From positions 124,001-188,000 of IMG/VR virus record IMGVR_UViG_3300032236_001850: a stretch of DNA of 64,000 bases, one strand, 5' to 3'. The first letter of the stretch is position 1, and each line of letters starts with the position of its first letter. Position numbers and translations under genes: made by a program. Of this stretch, positions 55,096 to 63,153 are shown one piece after another. The notes below the pieces were generated by a model. It did not search any database and was not told where the DNA came from. It was given only the letters and a program-made list of their open reading frames with translations.

Positions 55096-55262
55096 TACAA
55101 ATAGGACTTTGGTTTGCAGGATTCATGCTGGGACTCGGCATCGGTGGAAGGATAGGACAATACATTGAAAGAAAAGATTGGGACCAGCTCATCAGGGACG
55201 GGAAGCTTCCAAAACCTGACCAACGGTGGGAAGCGGTCGATCAGGAAAAATCCTATAAATAA
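55092..55262 (+). CDS. 56-aa TM peptide (not in ORF track)
   Basis: MIQIGLWFAGFMLGLGIGG... Confidence 0.65.
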   Translation: MIQIGLWFAGFMLGLGIGGRIGQYIERKDWDQLIRDGKLPKPDQRWEAVDQEKSYK

Positions 55263-55317
55263 TTTTTTTATTTGGGAATGATTCCATATATTTGTCATGT
55301 AATTAAAAACACTTATT

Positions 55318-55539
55318 ATGGCACATGTAATAAAAGACATTGAGATAGACGGAGACTTATACAATATAAGATACTTCTTCGACGCGGACCAATCGGAAGA
55401 CGGGATAGACATCTATAGAGCAGACGACGGTGCACACATTGGAGAGATCCTCGGAAAAAGATTTCCAGATGAGGATGATGAAGATGATATGGATTACATC
55501 AAAAAGGTATTAAAGGATTGGTTGGACAACAACATATAA
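55318..55539 (+). CDS. Acidic hypothetical protein
   Basis: After early promoter. Confidence 0.8.
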   Translation: MAHVIKDIEIDGDLYNIRYFFDADQSEDGIDIYRADDGAHIGEILGKRFPDEDDEDDMDYIKKVLKDWLDNNI

Positions 55540-55552
55540 TGTACGCGTAGAC

Positions 55553-55792
55553 ATGGCAAAGAGAAAAACCATCGGTGTTTTGGAGATGATCGATTATGCA
55601 AACACCCAACTGGCAAGAAAGGACACAGATGCCACAAAGGAATTCAAGGAAGGGATTTGTGTCATGGTCGAGAAGATAATGTTTCTTACCGATTCATATT
55701 CGGGATTTCAATTTCTGGATAATAATGATTGTGAGATTCACGCATTGGGTCACGTCTCCAGAAAATATTACAAACCTGTCTTTAAAAAATAA
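55553..55792 (+). CDS. Hypothetical protein
   Basis: 79 aa. Confidence 0.8.
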   Translation: MAKRKTIGVLEMIDYANTQLARKDTDATKEFKEGICVMVEKIMFLTDSYSGFQFLDNNDCEIHALGHVSRKYYKPVFKK

Positions 55793-55859
55793 TTCCAAAA
55801 TAATTTTTTTATTTGAAAAAGGTTTTCTATATTTGCTCAGTAATTAAAATCAAACCAAA

Positions 55860-56177
55860 ATGGCAGAATTAACCAGAGATCAAAAAATGGAAAAGATAAG
55901 AACCAATGTGGAAGTTTATCTTATCAAAAATGCAGAATCATGTAATGTTCCATTCACATCATTAATCAATGACGAATCTAAGGACCACATTGTAAATATA
56001 GGAACATCAATCATGGCGAACAGATTGGGTATCGAAACATATCCAGGATCCTTCGTTAAAGCCATATTGGAAAATGACCTTTATGAAGCAATCAACAGAG
56101 CAGACTCAGTCAACCGCGGTGCTATTCCATTCTATGTCACAATGATTCACAACCTTGGAATCAATTTAGCAGAATAA
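55860..56177 (+). CDS. Phage hypothetical protein
   Basis: PGSFVKAILENDLYEAINRAD motif. Confidence 0.82.
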   Translation: MAELTRDQKMEKIRTNVEVYLIKNAESCNVPFTSLINDESKDHIVNIGTSIMANRLGIETYPGSFVKAILENDLYEAINRADSVNRGAIPFYVTMIHNLGINLAE

Positions 56178-56215
56178 GCTTTCTTTGGTAGCTTATAAAC
56201 CAGACACACAACTAT

Positions 56216-56239
56216 AAGAGGCTTCGGCCTCTTTTTTTT
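56216..56239 (+). terminator. Intrinsic terminator (identical family copy 1)
   Basis: AAGAGGC-TTCG-GCCTCTT-T run. Confidence 0.92.
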
Positions 56240-56265
56240 GTGGTGTGCATTGTGCTTGCACAGAC

Positions 56266-56284
56266 ACACCGTTGTCGACGGTGT
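56266..56284. repeat. CACCG-N7-CGGTG element, copy 2
   Basis: acaccg-ttgtcga-cggtgt. Confidence 0.9.
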
Positions 56285-56428
56285 TTTGGATGTTGCCATG
56301 AACATGCCGATTTAACATATGGATTTTTATGGATGTCCTATGGTAAACACCGTGGTAGAAACTTTAACGTTTTTAATCGTTTGTATGTAAAACCTTTCTC
56401 TTATATTTGCCTCGTAATTAAAACCAAA

Positions 56429-56923
56429 ATGAAAACAGAAACACACAGAATCGGAGACAAGGACAAGGTATACAAAGTATCCGAGTCGGGTACCTATTAT
56501 TCTAATGAAACACCAGATGAGGTGATAAGAGTATTAGAATCGCTAAGAGGTACACACCAAAGAGTTAAAATCTATCTTGGAGATAGAGAGACAGGCAGAG
56601 ATTGGATGGAGGAAGATGGCAAGGTTGGTAAGATAGGCAGAAGCACTGGTCCAATTAAAATTCCAATACTTCTTAGAACTATGAACAGCCACGGTGGCGG
56701 AGCACTGCTAGATGATTGCATCGTTAAGATAGTAACCTCGCCAACATCATCGACAAGAACACTATACCAGCACCCGAGGTATTACCAACCTGCCATGGAA
56801 ATCACAAATGAAGGTCTGGAAGGTAAGCCAGAGTACACTCACACATTAAGAATCGGCGGTGAGGTCTATAGCAGACACACTTCAATGAGATCAGCCCAAA
56901 GATTGGTCGCATTATTAAAATAA
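56429..56923 (+). CDS. Phage hypothetical protein
   Basis: ATG 56429; GRDWMEE...IGRSTGPIKIP...GGALLDDCIVKI. Confidence 0.85.
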   Translation: MKTETHRIGDKDKVYKVSESGTYYSNETPDEVIRVLESLRGTHQRVKIYLGDRETGRDWMEEDGKVGKIGRSTGPIKIPILLRTMNSHGGGALLDDCIVKIVTSPTSSTRTLYQHPRYYQPAMEITNEGLEGKPEYTHTLRIGGEVYSRHTSMRSAQRLVALLK

Positions 56924-57019
56924 AAACTTTAACGAAAAAAACCTTAAAATAATTTTTTTATCTAAATAGAATTTTTTACATTTACGGAGTAATTAATTAA
57001 ACACTTAAATACATTCACC

Positions 57020-57523
57020 ATGAACAAAAATGAAAAAAAAGCTGGAAACAGCGCAGTAGCAGCTTCGGCTGGGAAAGTTGAAAAAATGGCAAAAGCAGTT
57101 GTCAAAAAAGAAACTGCTAAAGTAGATGCTCCTGAGGCAGCAGTGGCTGAGGTGCCTGCACCGCTAGTACCGCACATCAACGGTGCCTTCGAAGTGGGGT
57201 CAAGAATCGAAACTTCATTGGTTTCTCCATTGAAAGTTTTCGGTAAAAAAGAAGCAACTGGTACTCCGGCTCAAATGAAGCCATGTGCTGCAATCATCTT
57301 AGAAAAGTTGGCCATCGCTGGTCCTACTGGAACTAACTTGATTAGAGTTAAAAAACCAGGTTCAACACGTATTTTCTACACAACTGAGGAAAACCTAATC
57401 GTAGGAGAGGGTGCACCAGCAGCGGTGGTAACGGCTCCAGTCGTTAAGGAGGAAAAACCTGCACCTGCACCAAAGGCTGCAAAAGCTCCAAAAGCTGAAA
57501 CAGTTGCAGAGACTGCTGAGTAA
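57020..57523 (+). CDS. Ala/Lys/Pro-rich protein with central small domain
   Basis: KPAPAPKAAKAPKAE tail. Confidence 0.8.
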   Translation: MNKNEKKAGNSAVAASAGKVEKMAKAVVKKETAKVDAPEAAVAEVPAPLVPHINGAFEVGSRIETSLVSPLKVFGKKEATGTPAQMKPCAAIILEKLAIAGPTGTNLIRVKKPGSTRIFYTTEENLIVGEGAPAAVVTAPVVKEEKPAPAPKAAKAPKAETVAETAE

Positions 57524-57541
57524 TCAGTAACCCACGGTATT

Positions 57542-57566
57542 AAAAGAGGCTTCGGCCTCTTTTTTT
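57542..57566 (+). terminator. Intrinsic terminator (identical family copy 2)
   Basis: AAGAGGC-TTCG-GCCTCTT-T run. Confidence 0.92.
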
Positions 57567-57601
57567 GTGGGCAAAGAATTCCTATGTCGGACCATGTGAT
57601 C

Positions 57602-57618
57602 CACCGTTGTCGACGGTG
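57602..57618. repeat. CACCG-N7-CGGTG element, copy 3
   Basis: caccg-ttgtcga-cggtg. Confidence 0.9.
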
Positions 57619-57722
57619 TTGGGGTTTGTCCCGCCTGAAACATGTCAAAAAAATAATTGATAAATTATCGTTGTGTTTGCTAAGGATTTATTATATTTGC
57701 TTTGTAATTAAACTATAACAAT

Positions 57723-58076
57723 ATGGATGAACTTGATGACGTATTGGAAAGGCTCAATGTCTTGGCAGAGAGGGTAAGAGCAATCAGAGAAACTCTGGAG
57801 GAAGTTGAAACAAAGGTTGGAGAGATCAAAGGACTTGAAGCCCGTATGGATTTTATAAAGAGAGCCAGAAGATTCACCAGCCACGACGAAGCTCTTGTAT
57901 GGAAAAATATAGAGGATGGTATCATCCGAAAAATAGACACGGCTTCGCCCGAACAGATGCAGATGCTTTTGGATAAGAAGGGATTTGCATTTAGATACTA
58001 TCCCGAGATATACGACGGTGTGGATAAGCTGGGCATGTTAACAATCAAAGAAAAACGATATGACACTACGATGTAA
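57723..58076 (+). CDS. Coiled-coil hypothetical protein
   Basis: After promoter 57692. Confidence 0.8.
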   Translation: MDELDDVLERLNVLAERVRAIRETLEEVETKVGEIKGLEARMDFIKRARRFTSHDEALVWKNIEDGIIRKIDTASPEQMQMLLDKKGFAFRYYPEIYDGVDKLGMLTIKEKRYDTTM

Positions 58077-58242
58077 AATATTCAGAAAGGTCAAGGTAAG
58101 TGATCTTGAAACGGAGATCAACAACTGGCTGGAATCCAATGATGATGTTGTGATTTCACAAGTAACACACAGCGAAGACGACCAATGGGGTACAGTTATT
58201 ATTTTCTATTCTAGAAAATTGGAATACGTAAAAGTGAAATAA
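58060..58242 (+). CDS. Cse60-like small protein, C-terminal YVKVK
   Basis: KIF...LETEINNWLESN...VIIFY. Confidence 0.75.
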   Translation: MTLRCKIFRKVKVSDLETEINNWLESNDDVVISQVTHSEDDQWGTVIIFYSRKLEYVKVK

Positions 58243-58314
58243 ACTTTAACGGTTTTTATCGTGGTTATGTAAAATATATAGCTTATATTTACATGTAATT
58301 AAAACAATAACATT

Positions 58315-58869
58315 ATGAACAAACCAAAATTATTTCCGGGATTTCCACAGGGAGACTTCGGAGCACTTAGAGAAGGCGTAATAAGAACAGCAAGCATTTT
58401 CGCAGAGGAAGGTGGAGAAAAAAACAGAAAAATAGCATCGGTGCTTAGCGTGCTTGGTGACGCAATGGCAGACCAGAAGCTATATGAAAACATCTACAAA
58501 GGAGTAGAAAAGGATTATAACATGTACCACAATTGGTGGAACAGAGAGATGTACCAGAAGGTAGGTGGGGAAATGGGTTCAGGTAAACTTGTAGCACTAG
58601 CCCAGGATGAAATGCCAAAACACATTTCTGATGCTGTTGAAGGCGTATCATACCAAGGAATGTATCTTCTACAAATGCAAATCCAGGCATCTAAAGATGG
58701 TGGACAACTATCAAGAATTGGCACACATCCAGACTTTAAGGAACAACTACATGTTTTCCATCAAATAATTTGGTTTATTTATATGGCAATACTTTACCCT
58801 AATGGTCTAAATATGATTTCCAAAATCTTCATATCCAACAGTGGCAAATCAGGAAAGAATTGGGCATAA
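58315..58869 (+). CDS. Hypothetical protein
   Basis: 184 aa with own promoter and terminator. Confidence 0.82.
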   Translation: MNKPKLFPGFPQGDFGALREGVIRTASIFAEEGGEKNRKIASVLSVLGDAMADQKLYENIYKGVEKDYNMYHNWWNREMYQKVGGEMGSGKLVALAQDEMPKHISDAVEGVSYQGMYLLQMQIQASKDGGQLSRIGTHPDFKEQLHVFHQIIWFIYMAILYPNGLNMISKIFISNSGKSGKNWA

Positions 58870-58887
58870 GAAATCCCACACACAATT

Positions 58888-58911
58888 AAAGAGGCTTCGG
58901 CCTCTTTTTTT
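58888..58911 (+). terminator. Intrinsic terminator (identical family copy 3)
   Basis: AAGAGGC-TTCG-GCCTCTT-T run. Confidence 0.92.
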
Positions 58912-58937
58912 ATGACATCAGGCTGTGCCTATGAGAT

Positions 58938-58956
58938 ACACCGAGGCCGACGGTGT
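58938..58956. repeat. CACCG-N7-CGGTG element, copy 4
   Basis: acaccg-aggccga-cggtgt. Confidence 0.9.
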
Positions 58957-59086
58957 TAGGAATCGATGAATCCGCCATGTCAAAAATAAAAAATCAAAAT
59001 TAAATTTTAACGAAAACTTTAACGTTTGACATCGTTGTGTCTACTAAGAATTTCTTACATTTACATGTAATTAAAATCAAAACATC

Positions 59087-59875
59087 ATGTCAGAAGAAAC
59101 AAAAACACCAGAAGTAAAGGAAGTAGATTTCATCCTTGAATTGAATGAGGAGCTTAAGAAATTAGAGGACATCAGAGAATTATTCATTTGCCAATCCTAT
59201 GCTGAGGAATTCAATGAAAGGGATGAGAGAATTCTCAAGGAGGTTAAAATACCGATTCATCAGGGAGGACAGGAATGTGGTAAAGTTGATATCGGTGAAT
59301 ACATCAGCTTATATCTGGATGACATCAAGCACCAAGGGAAACCCGAGAGAGTGTTCTCCAACGGTAGAAACCCATTCAGAGGACCAAAAGAAATTCCTGT
59401 ATTCTCGGGAGATAAATCTGGACCAAGAGAAATGTTGAAGTGTGAGATAACTCCAGAGGAGGAAGCGAAGATTGCACAATTCGAGAAGACACACATTAAA
59501 CCATCTGGACCAAGTGATACCATCATCGGTGAATTGTTCCGAGCATTCCAAAGAATCGAATACAGAGCAGGTAACGACGGTGACAACTTCATGTGCATCG
59601 GAACACCAAGCTTCGAATCTTTTCTTTACATCATGTCCACATTGGATATCATCAATTGGGGTTGGTTGTATGATAAGGAAATCCAATTAAAAAATCCACT
59701 TCTCCAAGTTTGGGTATACAGTAACAGAATCACATGGGAAGGTGAACTATTCGAAATCAAGTTTGTCCAATTGATTCTTATCGAATTATTGGAAACCGGG
59801 GTGATTAAGGACAGACCTAATGATATGGATTCACGAGATTTTATGAAAATAAAATCTGATAATGATCGTTGGTGA
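59087..59875 (+). CDS. Hypothetical protein
   Basis: 262 aa; SGPSDTIIGELFRAFQRIEYRAGNDGD. Confidence 0.85.
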   Translation: MSEETKTPEVKEVDFILELNEELKKLEDIRELFICQSYAEEFNERDERILKEVKIPIHQGGQECGKVDIGEYISLYLDDIKHQGKPERVFSNGRNPFRGPKEIPVFSGDKSGPREMLKCEITPEEEAKIAQFEKTHIKPSGPSDTIIGELFRAFQRIEYRAGNDGDNFMCIGTPSFESFLYIMSTLDIINWGWLYDKEIQLKNPLLQVWVYSNRITWEGELFEIKFVQLILIELLETGVIKDRPNDMDSRDFMKIKSDNDRW

Positions 59876-59921
59876 TTGAAAAGGATTTATTATATTTGTC
59901 ATGTAATTAAAATCAAAACAA

Positions 59922-60155
59922 ATGGAAAAAAAATTATTTTGTGTGATGTTCACCAGTCGGGATGACTGGGACTCACCAACTGTTGTCTTCGTTAATGCAA
60001 CGGACAGGGACAAAGCTTACTTTGCCGCTCTAAAGAAAATTGGATTTACTGAAGAGGAAGATGAGGAGATGAGAGAGCGAGGAGACCATGATAACGTCAT
60101 CATCGAAGTGGATGACACCATAGACGAAGATTACGAACCAACTGAAGATGAATAA
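59922..60155 (+). CDS. Acidic hypothetical protein
   Basis: After promoter 59891. Confidence 0.8.
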   Translation: MEKKLFCVMFTSRDDWDSPTVVFVNATDRDKAYFAALKKIGFTEEEDEEMRERGDHDNVIIEVDDTIDEDYEPTEDE

Positions 60156-60157
60156 TT

Positions 60158-60352
60158 ATGGCAAAGAAAACTGTATTGGATTTTCTCTTATCCATAGCTA
60201 TCACGGTCTTGGTGTATTCTATTCTTACCGCACCACATCTATGTTTAATCCTTTTTGGATTCGGGTTTGCTTACTCTCAGGGTTGGTGTATTACATGTGG
60301 TGTGGCTTCGGCTATTATCGGTCATATTATATCAGACAAGTTGAAAATTTAA
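60158..60352 (+). CDS. Small membrane protein
   Basis: Two to three hydrophobic segments. Confidence 0.75.
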   Translation: MAKKTVLDFLLSIAITVLVYSILTAPHLCLILFGFGFAYSQGWCITCGVASAIIGHIISDKLKI

Positions 60353-60419
60353 CGTTTTAAATCATTGCCACGTAAAAAAGATTTCTTATATTAGCCACGT
60401 AATTAAAATCAATCACATC

Positions 60420-60641
60420 ATGAGCACATTAAGACCAGGTGATCCAGTAAGAGTCACACAAGAACCAAAATCAAGATTCAATCAACACCCAACCAAAGTT
60501 GGCATAGGTCATGTCTATGTACGTAGCGGACAAAGTGGAAATTCACTCTATGTGGCAGTGGCTTGGGAAGATGGAAATTGTTGCAATGGTTTATTAAGTT
60601 CCTTTACAACTGTAGAAAAAATAAATATTTCTAAAATATAG
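60420..60641 (+). CDS. SH3/KOW-like small protein
   Basis: LRPGDPVRV...VAWEDG; paralog of 63154..63504. Confidence 0.78.
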   Translation: MSTLRPGDPVRVTQEPKSRFNQHPTKVGIGHVYVRSGQSGNSLYVAVAWEDGNCCNGLLSSFTTVEKINISKI

Positions 60642-60732
60642 GGAATAAAAATGAAACATTAGGTATTATTACTACTATAATATCTGTTAAATCGGATTTA
60701 ACAATTCAATTTGATATTCATGTTATGTTTTT

Positions 60733-60760
60733 AAAGGAGCTTACCCGGCTCCTTTTTTTT
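60733..60760 (+). terminator. Intrinsic terminator
   Basis: AAGGAGC-ttacccg-GCTCCTT-T run. Confidence 0.88.
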
Positions 60761-60770
60761 ATGTATAAAA

Positions 60771-60795
60771 CATACTATGTTAGTAACATACTATG
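60771..60795. repeat. Nested palindrome element, copy 5
   Basis: catactatgttagtaacatactatg between terminator and promoter. Confidence 0.9.
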
Positions 60796-60874
60796 TCCAC
60801 GCGAGAACTTTAACGTTTGGCCTCGTGCGTATATGAAAAAGATTTCTTATATTTGCTTTATAATTAAATGGAAC

Positions 60875-61090
60875 ATGAAGTTTTTTCTTGTCACATCAGA
60901 CGAAATGCAAACCCTAAGGGATAAGGTTAACCAATTCTTGGATGAGCATCCTGGCATCATCCTACATAGTCATCAATTCGCAACATGTGGGACAACTGGT
61001 AAGAACAAATATGTTTCCATATTTTATGACGATGCACCAGAATATTTAAAAATAAAAAACAATGACAAAGGAACAGAAAGAACTTTATAA
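60875..61090 (+). CDS. Cse60-like small protein
   Basis: ATG 60875; LRDKVNQFLDEH...VSIFY. Confidence 0.75.
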   Translation: MKFFLVTSDEMQTLRDKVNQFLDEHPGIILHSHQFATCGTTGKNKYVSIFYDDAPEYLKIKNNDKGTERTL

Positions 61091-61235
61091 AAGGATCAAA
61101 GCAAAAGCAAAGGACAGAGGGGTAAAAACCGTGGACGAGTTACACGACCTAATCGCAGACGAGTTTTACGACGACGGTGTAACTGGAGCGGACTTTGAAT
61201 TCATCAAAGACTCACTTAGACTCAAGAGGTTTTAA
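61062..61235 (+). CDS. 57-aa hypothetical protein (not in ORF track)
   Basis: MTKEQKELYKRIKAKAKDRGV... Confidence 0.7.
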   Translation: MTKEQKELYKRIKAKAKDRGVKTVDELHDLIADEFYDDGVTGADFEFIKDSLRLKRF

Positions 61236-61259
61236 TTACACATACTTCTTTTTGAAAGG

Positions 61260-61286
61260 GGCTTTCTTTATAAGAAAGCCTTTTTT
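61260..61286 (+). terminator. Intrinsic terminator
   Basis: GGCTTTCTT-tat-AAGAAAGCC-T6. Confidence 0.88.
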
Positions 61287-61324
61287 GTTGGCATTGACAT
61301 GGAAAATGCATGTACATGCATATT

Positions 61325-61341
61325 CACCGGCGGCGACGGTG
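61325..61341. repeat. CACCG-N7-CGGTG element, copy 5
   Basis: caccg-gcggcga-cggtg. Confidence 0.9.
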
Positions 61342-61440
61342 TGGAGGATGTAGGCGGATTAATTCGGAAAATAATTCGGATTTATCGTTGGTATATAAAA
61401 AAGGTTACTTATATTTGCATGTAATTAAAATCAAAACATT

Positions 61441-61632
61441 ATGGACGAGACATTAAAAGGTAAGAGAATCACATTAATAAAAATGGGTGATGACCCAAAT
61501 CCAATAAAGGCAGGAGAAATGGGAACCATCCAAGGTGTGGATGGCATCGGCCAGATCCACGTCAATTGGGACAACGGTAGAAGTCTAGCGCTAATACCAG
61601 GTACCGATGTATATCAAATTATAAGAGAATAA
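61441..61632 (+). CDS. DUF4314 protein
   Basis: GKRITLIKMGDDPNPIKAGEMGTIQGVDGIGQIHVNWDNGRSLALIPGTD. Confidence 0.88.
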   Translation: MDETLKGKRITLIKMGDDPNPIKAGEMGTIQGVDGIGQIHVNWDNGRSLALIPGTDVYQIIRE

Positions 61633-61811
61633 TGTACAAGTTTGGAAAATTCCCAACCCATACGGGTGGTCTAAAAAAAGGCCAATATGCGGATAAAAGG
61701 ATGGATCCTAGAAGAATACAGATTGTCAGAAGAGCAGAGAAGATTCAACACACATTTCCAAATAGAAGTTTATTCTCAGCTATAAGATATATTTTGAAAT
61801 ACGGTAATTAA
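61632..61811 (+). CDS. 59-aa basic protein (not in ORF track)
   Basis: TAATG coupling; MYKFGKFPTHTGG... Confidence 0.65.
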   Translation: MYKFGKFPTHTGGLKKGQYADKRMDPRRIQIVRRAEKIQHTFPNRSLFSAIRYILKYGN

Positions 61812-61840
61812 TAATTGGTTAGGTTTTTTAATTCAGAATC

Positions 61841-61866
61841 AGGCTTTCTTAAAGAAAGCCTTTTTT
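61841..61866 (+). terminator. Intrinsic terminator
   Basis: GGCTTTCTT-a-AAGAAAGCC-T6, near copy of 61260. Confidence 0.8.
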
Positions 61867-61900
61867 GTGACCAAAGGATTTTATAGGCAAGACCATAAAA

Positions 61901-61917
61901 CACCGGCGGCAACGGTG
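61901..61917. repeat. CACCG-N7-CGGTG element, copy 6
   Basis: caccg-gcggcaa-cggtg. Confidence 0.88.
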
Positions 61918-62009
61918 GAAAAGATGTTGAAAGATGTCAAAAAGGATGAAGAAGAAATGAAGATGATGTATAAAGATGTACAAAGAGATGTATCCTTCAC
62001 ACCGCGGTT

Positions 62010-62031
62010 CATACTATGTTAGTAACATACT
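62010..62031. repeat. Nested palindrome element, copy 6
   Basis: catactatgttagtaacatact. Confidence 0.88.
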
Positions 62032-62117
62032 CTCCACGCGTATTGAATTTTAACGGTGGTTTGCATGGTAATTATGAAGTATTCATTATATTTGCTATGT
62101 AATTAAAACAATTAAAC

Positions 62118-62312
62118 ATGGAAGAACAAGTTAAAGAAGCCAGAGAACACTTCAGAAATCACAAATCACATATACACATTTATCAGATAGAAGATGATGT
62201 CATAGCCGAACTCCTCGGGCGAGAGCATATTCAAAGATTATCTTTCGAGATGAAGATGGATTGCCTTTATGACCATTTGCTTTCCCAAGGTCTTTGTGAT
62301 GTGACCGAATAA
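62118..62312 (+). CDS. Hypothetical protein
   Basis: After class II promoter. Confidence 0.75.
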   Translation: MEEQVKEAREHFRNHKSHIHIYQIEDDVIAELLGREHIQRLSFEMKMDCLYDHLLSQGLCDVTE

Positions 62313-62332
62313 TTCACATGTAAACACATATT

Positions 62333-62349
62333 CACCGCCGGCCGAGGTG
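62333..62349. repeat. CACCG-N7-CGGTG element, copy 7 (imperfect)
   Basis: caccg-ccggccg-aggtg. Confidence 0.7.
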
Positions 62350-62470
62350 GTCTAGCGGGATCCCTGACAGGATAAAAAAATTCCGATGGATACTTGAAAT
62401 TTTAACGTTTTATATCGTGGTTTATCAATAGGAATGCCTTATATTTGCCATGTAATTAAAACCAATCAAT

Positions 62471-62713
62471 ATGAATCAAATCACACACGAACAATTAAGA
62501 AATCGGCTTAGAGAAGGTTCAACCCGATTCTTTTTCAGAAAGACCAACGGTGAACTAAGACCTGCCTATGGCACAACAGATTTAACAAGAATTCCAAACC
62601 ATTCCCATCCAAAGGGAGGTGACGCCCCGGTGGGTACCACTTGCTACTTTGACCTCGATAAGAATGCTTGGCGCTCAGTTTCACACACCCAAGAAATTTG
62701 GTCCAATGAATAA
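62471..62713 (+). CDS. WYL_2/DUF2693-like SH3 beta-barrel protein
   Basis: FFFRKTNGELRPAYGT...YFDLDKNAWRSV. Confidence 0.82.
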   Translation: MNQITHEQLRNRLREGSTRFFFRKTNGELRPAYGTTDLTRIPNHSHPKGGDAPVGTTCYFDLDKNAWRSVSHTQEIWSNE

Positions 62714-62885
62714 ACATGAAATCATAAGCAAGACCAGAAGACTGCTAAACTCCGCGGGCTTCGATGATATGGAATACACAATCAGCTTGCAAGGTCCAAC
62801 GGTGATAATGGGAGAGGGCATGGAGGAAAAATTAACACCAGAATTACGAAAAGAAATCCTGGAAACAGGAATGAAGTTTCTATAA
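62706..62885 (+). CDS. Hypothetical protein
   Basis: ATG 62706 overlapping upstream stop. Confidence 0.7.
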   Translation: MNKHEIISKTRRLLNSAGFDDMEYTISLQGPTVIMGEGMEEKLTPELRKEILETGMKFL

Positions 62886-62917
62886 CCAGGACTTCCTGCT
62901 TTGGTCAGGTTATAGCT

Positions 62918-62950
62918 AAAGGGTGACATTTGAGAGTCACCCTTTTTTTT
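62918..62950 (+). terminator. Intrinsic terminator
   Basis: AAGGGTGAC-atttgaga-GTCACCCTT-T run. Confidence 0.88.
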
Positions 62951-62979
62951 GTGGCATGAATTAGGCCTGGATACTTGCC

Positions 62980-62996
62980 CACCGAGGTCGACGGTG
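62980..62996. repeat. CACCG-N7-CGGTG element, copy 8
   Basis: caccg-aggtcga-cggtg. Confidence 0.9.
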
Positions 62997-63153
62997 TGAC
63001 CGGATTCACATGCATTTTGATTCATGATGAAGCAAGCAATTGTTTTTCCGAATCGGATGATGCTTAACACCGAGGAAAAAACTTTAACGTTTAATATCGT
63101 TGTGAATTAACTATTATGTCTTATATTTGCTTTGCAATTAAAAAATCAAAATT

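Larger units (their letters stand above)
7250..55835. promoter_or_regulatory. Class I Bacteroidota-type (early) promoters, about 24 copies (grouped entry)
   Basis: T6-8-ATT-N~14-TATATTTG at 8604, 9777 (TACATTTG), 12235, 13449, 15252, 16487, 18246, 19988, 22913, 24329, 26237, 27574, 29914, 31410, 33121, 33838, 35155, 41281, 52332, 53536, 55287, 55828 (also 59891) on +, 7250 on -; each about 15-45 nt before an ATG; matches the TAnnTTTG -7 consensus. Confidence 0.9.

Noticed and set aside
7299-62031. CRISPR array from the 25-bp palindromes
   Set aside because: Copies are dispersed with no regular spacers (closest pair 249 bp apart); no cas genes
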